A stretch of 64,000 bases of DNA. It comes from an uncultured Gammaproteobacteria bacterium. Lineage in GTDB: Bacteria; Pseudomonadota; Gammaproteobacteria; Nitrosococcales; Methylophagaceae. Positions 59,906 to 64,000 of the stretch are shown in pieces. Each line of letters begins with the position of its first letter. The stretch's first letter is position 1. The stretch spans positions 573,765 to 637,764 of the forward strand of contig CAJIZI010000001.1 in assembly GCA_905181885.1 (NCBI GenBank). The letters are read 5' to 3'. The notes below the pieces were generated by a model. It did not search any database. It worked only from the letters and a program-made list of their open reading frames with translations, and was not told where the DNA came from. Both the position numbers and the translations under genes were made by a program.

Positions 59906-60803
59906 AAATGAAATTAATATAAGTGAGGTATGCCAACAAACAGGTGTTGCTGCAGTTACATTGAGAGCATGGGAAAGGCGTTATGGGCTCATAAAACCAA
60001 AAAGAACACCAAAAGGTCACCGCTTATATAGCCAGGCTAACATTCAAGAAATAATTAAGATTGTTGGCTGGCTGAATCGTGGAGTGGCAATTAGTAAAGT
60101 TGTAGAATTACTGTCTGCTGCAGAAACGCCAACGCAAGTCAGCGGAAATGAAGAGTCATGGCAGGAAGTACAGCAAGAACTGTTAAGTATACTCATAGAT
60201 CTTAAGCAGAGAAGTTTGAATCCACTTCTCGATAAGTTGAATAAATCAATGCCATTTGAAAGCTTGTGTGAAAAAGTTTACCAACCACTTTTGCATCAAC
60301 TAATGGAACGTTGGCAAAGTAAGCAACTGGGCTATCAATTAGAACAGCAGCTCTGGCAGCAATGCTGGCAGAGGCAGGTAACTCTCATGGCCTTGCGTGC
60401 TGATAAGCAAAAATCGCGAGTTAATTGTTGGTTAGTCAACTTAGACAACCAATCGTCGGCATTTGATTATTGGTTTTTTTATGCTCTTTTATTACAGTCG
60501 GGTATTCAGATCAATGCCATTAATCAGGTGAGTGACTTGAGTGCTCTGACAAGGCTTAGAAATTCACTAGAACAACCCTTAATTATTTTCGGTGATAACA
60601 AAATGGTTACGCAAGAAATTAATCAAGTAGTTAAGGCCAAGGCTCTATGGGGCAGGGATTCAATTGTCATTGGTCTTGTGGCTGACATACATCAGAAGCT
60701 ATTTGTAAATATGGAGATTGAGCACATAGGTGGCAATGCCATTACATGTTGGCAGTCAAGTTGTTACCAGTCATGGGTTGGGCGTTTGGCAGCAAAGGGA
60801 TGA
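59895..60803 (+). CDS. MerR-family transcriptional regulator, LitR-like architecture without recognisable B12 ligands (class II LitR-like)
   Basis: MerR HTH (ISEVCQQTGVAAVTLRAWERRYGLIKPKRTPKGHRLY) plus a C-terminal domain of about 200 aa. Overlaps the ybgA-like stop. Its own stop overlaps the photolyase ATG (ATGA). Confidence 0.7.
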   Translation: MQSKNEINISEVCQQTGVAAVTLRAWERRYGLIKPKRTPKGHRLYSQANIQEIIKIVGWLNRGVAISKVVELLSAAETPTQVSGNEESWQEVQQELLSILIDLKQRSLNPLLDKLNKSMPFESLCEKVYQPLLHQLMERWQSKQLGYQLEQQLWQQCWQRQVTLMALRADKQKSRVNCWLVNLDNQSSAFDYWFFYALLLQSGIQINAINQVSDLSALTRLRNSLEQPLIIFGDNKMVTQEINQVVKAKALWGRDSIVIGLVADIHQKLFVNMEIEHIGGNAITCWQSSCYQSWVGRLAAKG

Positions 60804-62206
60804 GAAATCAGTTAGTTTGGTTTCGTAATGATCTACGGATAAATGATAATCCGGCCTTATTTTATGCAAGTGAAAGCGGCGAGCCCACTATTGCTGTTTA
60901 TGTTGCAACGCCACAGCAATGGCAATTACACGATGATGCTCATAGTAAAATAGATTTTTGGCGACGAAATCTACATTGTTTGTATGATTCGCTTGCAGAA
61001 CTCAATATCACTTTGCATTTTTTTCAGGTACCGACTTATCAACAGGTCCCAGATCTAATTACATCAGTTTGTGAGCAATGGAATATAAGTCAACTACATT
61101 TTAATCAACAGTATGCTGTCAATGAACAGGAAAGAGATCAGCATGTCGTCGATGTTTGTAGTCAGATAGATGTGCAAACACACAGCTATAATGAGCAGTT
61201 ATTATTAACACCAAAAAGTGTTCGAACTAAAGTTGGTGAGCCGTTCAAAGTCTTTACGCCCTTTGCAAGACAGGCAAGACAACAAATGCAAGAGCCCTTG
61301 GTGATGCTACCAGCACCCAAAAGACAAAATAGTATTAAAGTGACTCGCTTGCGTGAAGAGCTTGAGCTTCAAGACGTATCTTGGGTATCTGTAGGAAAGG
61401 CTGTACAAGATATGTGGCCTGCAGGTGAAGAGTCAGCAGAAGTTAAACTAATCCATTTCTATGAGAACAATATTCAGAGTTACGAACAAAACCGAGACTC
61501 CCCATCGGTTTCCGGCACCAGCCAGCTATCTCCTTACCTAGCTAGTGGTGTTATTTCGATAAAACAATGTTGGCATGCTACAACTCACTATTGTGGGCGT
61601 TCAGATAGCGTAATAGTATGGCAGAATGAATTGTTATGGCGTGAGTTTTATAACCACATTCTTATTGATTACCCTCAAATATCAAAACATAAGCCATGGA
61701 AAATAAAAACAGACACTATCCAGTGGCGAGATAATGAGACTGAATTGAGAGCCTGGCAACTAGGGCAAACTGGTTTTCCAATTATTGATGCAGCGATGCG
61801 TCAGTTGCTCAGTTGTGGCTGGATGCACAACCGCCTAAGAATGATTACAGCGATGTTTTTAAGTAAACACTTAATGATCGATTGGCGATTAGGCGAACGA
61901 TGGTTTATGAAACATCTCATTGATGGAGATTTAGCTGCTAATAATGGAGGTTGGCAGTGGTGCGCATCAACAGGCACCGATGCAGTACCTTATTTTAGAC
62001 TATTCAATCCTGTCAGACAGTCTGAAAGATTCGATCCAGAAGGGAAGTTTATCCGCCATTATTTACCAGAGCTATCAGCTTTAAGTAATAAAGAAATTCA
62101 TTTCCCAATAAAAAACAGACCTGAAGAATACCCGATGCCTATAATTGATCTAGCTGATGGGCGTAAGCGAGTCCTTGCAGAATTCAAGGCATTAGGTACG
62201 AAGTGA
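60800..62206 (+). CDS. phrB: Deoxyribodipyrimidine photolyase (class I CPD type)
   Basis: Start at MRNQLVWFRNDLRINDNPAL. TGFPIIDAAMRQL, GWMHNRLRMI, NNGGWQW and YFRLFNP motifs. Confidence 0.92.
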   Translation: MRNQLVWFRNDLRINDNPALFYASESGEPTIAVYVATPQQWQLHDDAHSKIDFWRRNLHCLYDSLAELNITLHFFQVPTYQQVPDLITSVCEQWNISQLHFNQQYAVNEQERDQHVVDVCSQIDVQTHSYNEQLLLTPKSVRTKVGEPFKVFTPFARQARQQMQEPLVMLPAPKRQNSIKVTRLREELELQDVSWVSVGKAVQDMWPAGEESAEVKLIHFYENNIQSYEQNRDSPSVSGTSQLSPYLASGVISIKQCWHATTHYCGRSDSVIVWQNELLWREFYNHILIDYPQISKHKPWKIKTDTIQWRDNETELRAWQLGQTGFPIIDAAMRQLLSCGWMHNRLRMITAMFLSKHLMIDWRLGERWFMKHLIDGDLAANNGGWQWCASTGTDAVPYFRLFNPVRQSERFDPEGKFIRHYLPELSALSNKEIHFPIKNRPEEYPMPIIDLADGRKRVLAEFKALGTK

Positions 62207-62275
62207 ATTATAAAAAAATATAAATTGAACCTAACATTAAAAGTAACCTATTTTTAAAACAAAGAGCAGAAAGGT

Positions 62276-62449
62276 ATGAGTAATAGAACAAAGCCCTCAA
62301 TAGCAGCAGAAAGACCTTTACTAGTCCCATGCCGAGGTTGCATGGTTAGCTGTGTGTTTATCACTAAATGTGATGGGGCATCATGGAGAATGACTGATTT
62401 AGTAGTAGCAGCTTGTCTAAAACAGGCAGGGGAAAAAACTAAATCATAA
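62276..62449 (+). CDS. Hypothetical 57-aa Cys-rich ORF (MSNRTKPSIAAERPLLVPCRGCMVSCVFITKCDG...)
   Basis: An ATG preceded by AAAGG, with six Cys including CRGC. It competes with an antisense 77-aa track ORF (62254-62487). Neither has recognisable homology. Confidence 0.2.
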   Translation: MSNRTKPSIAAERPLLVPCRGCMVSCVFITKCDGASWRMTDLVVAACLKQAGEKTKS

Positions 62450-62611
62450 TTGTATATATGAGCTTTACTTATCAGTGAAAAATTCACAAGGCTATGTCTT
62501 AAATAGCCGCGACATTAGATTAAAAGTGCCTATTAACAATAAGCTGTTCTCCATATTTGATATTGAGCTTATCAAATAGTCAATCGATTTAGATGGTAAG
62601 ATCCATAGCCT

Positions 62612-63469
62612 ATGAAGATACCTAAACAAATCCAGCCCCTTGTTGATGATGGCCTAGTCGACGACGTCATGAGTCGACTGATGAGTGGTAAAGAAGCAGA
62701 TGTATATGTTGTGAGGTGCGGTAGTGAAATTCGCTGTGCCAAAGTCTATAAAGATGCCGCCAAACGAAGCTTTAAAAAAGCAGTGCAATACCAAGAAGGT
62801 CGAAAAGTTCGTAACAGCCGACGCGGTAGGGCGATGGAAAAAGGTTCAAAGTTTGGGCGTAAGCAACAAGAAGAAACATGGCAAAATGCTGAGGTGGACG
62901 CGCTTTACCTTCTAGCTGGAGCGGGTGTGCGGGTCCCACAACCTTATGATTGTCTCAATGGTGTGTTGTTAATGGAGTTGATCACCGATGAGAATGGGGA
63001 AGTAGCTCCACGCCTTAACGATATATCGATGTCTGCTGAACAAGCACGGGAAGATCATTTAGTCGTTATGCACTATGTGATGCGAATGCTTTGTGCCGGT
63101 ATAGTGCATGGAGATCTATCTGAGTTTAATGTCTTGGTTGATGTAAATGGCCCCGTAATTATTGATTTACCTCAAGCAGTTAATGCAGCTGCTAATAACA
63201 ATGCACAATCGATGTTGAAACGGGATGTGGACAATATGACTCGTTATTATAGCCAATATGCTCCAGAGCTAATCAAGAGTCAGTATGGCAAAGAAATATG
63301 GGCATTATTTGAGAATGGTGAGCTACAGCCAGAGACCGAACTCACAGGCCATTATGCAGAAAATACTCAAGCTGCGGATGTTGATGGTGTGATGCTTGAG
63401 ATTAAGTCAATTATAGAAGAAGAGCAAGACCGGCAACAGCGTTTGATGGAAGCAGAGAAAGATGGTTAA
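62612..63469 (+). CDS. RIO1-family serine protein kinase (bacterial PA4780-like)
   Basis: 285 aa. SGKEADVY, LLMELI and IVHGDLSEFNVLV (catalytic loop) followed by IDLPQAV. Confidence 0.8.
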   Translation: MKIPKQIQPLVDDGLVDDVMSRLMSGKEADVYVVRCGSEIRCAKVYKDAAKRSFKKAVQYQEGRKVRNSRRGRAMEKGSKFGRKQQEETWQNAEVDALYLLAGAGVRVPQPYDCLNGVLLMELITDENGEVAPRLNDISMSAEQAREDHLVVMHYVMRMLCAGIVHGDLSEFNVLVDVNGPVIIDLPQAVNAAANNNAQSMLKRDVDNMTRYYSQYAPELIKSQYGKEIWALFENGELQPETELTGHYAENTQAADVDGVMLEIKSIIEEEQDRQQRLMEAEKDG

Positions 63470-63601
63470 GTATGTATAACCAAGTTTTTTGGTTTTAACA
63501 CGGATGTTATGACGGGCTCTCAATAATATCCGAACAATATTATCGTGCTTAATCTAGATACGATAAGATAGCTGGATATCTAATATTAATGGGGTGTTAG
63601 C

Positions 63602-64000
63602 GTGAGCGAAATAGAGGGGGTCTTATCGAAAATGGCAGTTTCACTGTCTGATGAGTCTGGGATAGCCATGTATGAGATGATTTTTGGTGAGCAGCGCCAA
63701 GATATGAGTGGCCTATTTGGGAAGCCTATTTCTTTAGCCTTTATGGGAGAAATTCACTGTCAGGCTTGTAATCGTTTAACAAAAAAAAGTTTTAGTGGTG
63801 GTTATTGCTTTCCTTGTTCTCAAAAGTTAGCACAATGTGACCTATGCATTATGCGTCCAGAAACCTGCCATTACGCTGCGGGTACTTGCCGTGAGCCTTC
63901 ATGGGGCGAACAGTTTTGTATGCAAGATCATATCGTATACTTAGCGAATAGTTCGGGTGTAAAAGTGGGTATTACACGCGTAAATCAAATACCAACACGT
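63602..64000 (+). CDS. DUF2797-family protein, N-terminal part (3' end outside window)
   Basis: The frame is open to the window edge. Zinc-ribbon-like CQACN...CFPC...CDLCI and the later VYLANSSGVKVGITR are typical of DUF2797. The start may be the GTG at 63602 or the ATG at 63632. Confidence 0.6.
   Translation, partial: MSEIEGVLSKMAVSLSDESGIAMYEMIFGEQRQDMSGLFGKPISLAFMGEIHCQACNRLTKKSFSGGYCFPCSQKLAQCDLCIMRPETCHYAAGTCREPSWGEQFCMQDHIVYLANSSGVKVGITRVNQIPTR

Noticed and set aside
62254-62487. A 77-aa minus-strand ORF after the photolyase gene.
   Set aside because: There is no ribosome-binding site or homology that I can recognise. It is reported only as the competitor of the plus-strand Cys-rich ORF.
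1-64000. I looked for CRISPR arrays, rRNA genes, IS elements or transposases, integrases, toxin-antitoxin pairs and known defence-system signatures.
   Set aside because: None were found. There are no regularly spaced repeats, and none of the ORF translations carry DDE/tyrosine-recombinase, Cas, or typical TA or defence motifs.

Overview
This is a 64-kb chromosomal segment of a gammaproteobacterium, AT-rich at roughly 40% GC by spot counts. No searches were run. All calls rest on motif recognition in the supplied translations, on synteny and on reading the DNA.

Most of the window is core housekeeping in a Pseudomonas/Thiotrichales-like order:
- yibN-like/grxC/secB/gpsA, divergent from gpmI/envC/ctpA
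- folK/folB | plsY | tsaD | rpsU-yqeY-dnaG-rpoD-tRNA-Ile2
- mltD, trmL, tRNA-Met
- ychF-pth-rplY-prs-tRNA-Gln-ispE-lolB-TPR | hemA-prfA
- hemF-tsaC, prk, purD, a LOG-family gene, tRNA-Leu
- tesA | ybbA-ybbP

The left edge carries H4MPT/methylofuran-pathway genes (DHPS-like, DUF447, mfnB). A marine methylotroph such as a Methylophaga-like organism is therefore a plausible but unproven source.

Three accessory blocks stand out:
1. 36.5-41.4 kb: a Zur-linked Zrg-type zinc-uptake cluster (MerC-like, DUF1826, ZrgA/DUF2796, Zur, DUF3299, ABC ATPase, FtsX-type permease) with two palindromic candidate Zur boxes.
2. 41.4-44.1 kb: a more AT-rich patch with a 42-aa lipoprotein ORF, an FkbM-type methyltransferase and a tRNA-like fragment.
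3. 48.1-62.2 kb: a contiguous block that looks like a light/photo-oxidative-stress module and is the best candidate for an undescribed system. It holds a ybgA-like/MerR(LitR-like)/CPD-photolyase operon. Divergent from that operon is a divergent AlkB/XylM-type membrane hydroxylase with a XylA-type reductase and a small membrane protein. Next comes a tightly coupled operon with UfaD/UfaO/UfaM-type furan-fatty-acid genes and several unassigned partners. The divergent promoter region carries a duplicated 15-10-15 palindromic operator.

A technical caveat applies. Ten reading-frame breaks hit nine genes, including essential ones (rpoD, tsaD, hemA, ispE, plsY), all within the first 30 kb. None is detectable in the last 34 kb. 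These are most likely assembly indels. The exception is that two tandem GST-like paralogs are broken at homologous positions, which deserves a check.

I saw no CRISPR array, rRNA, transposase or integrase.
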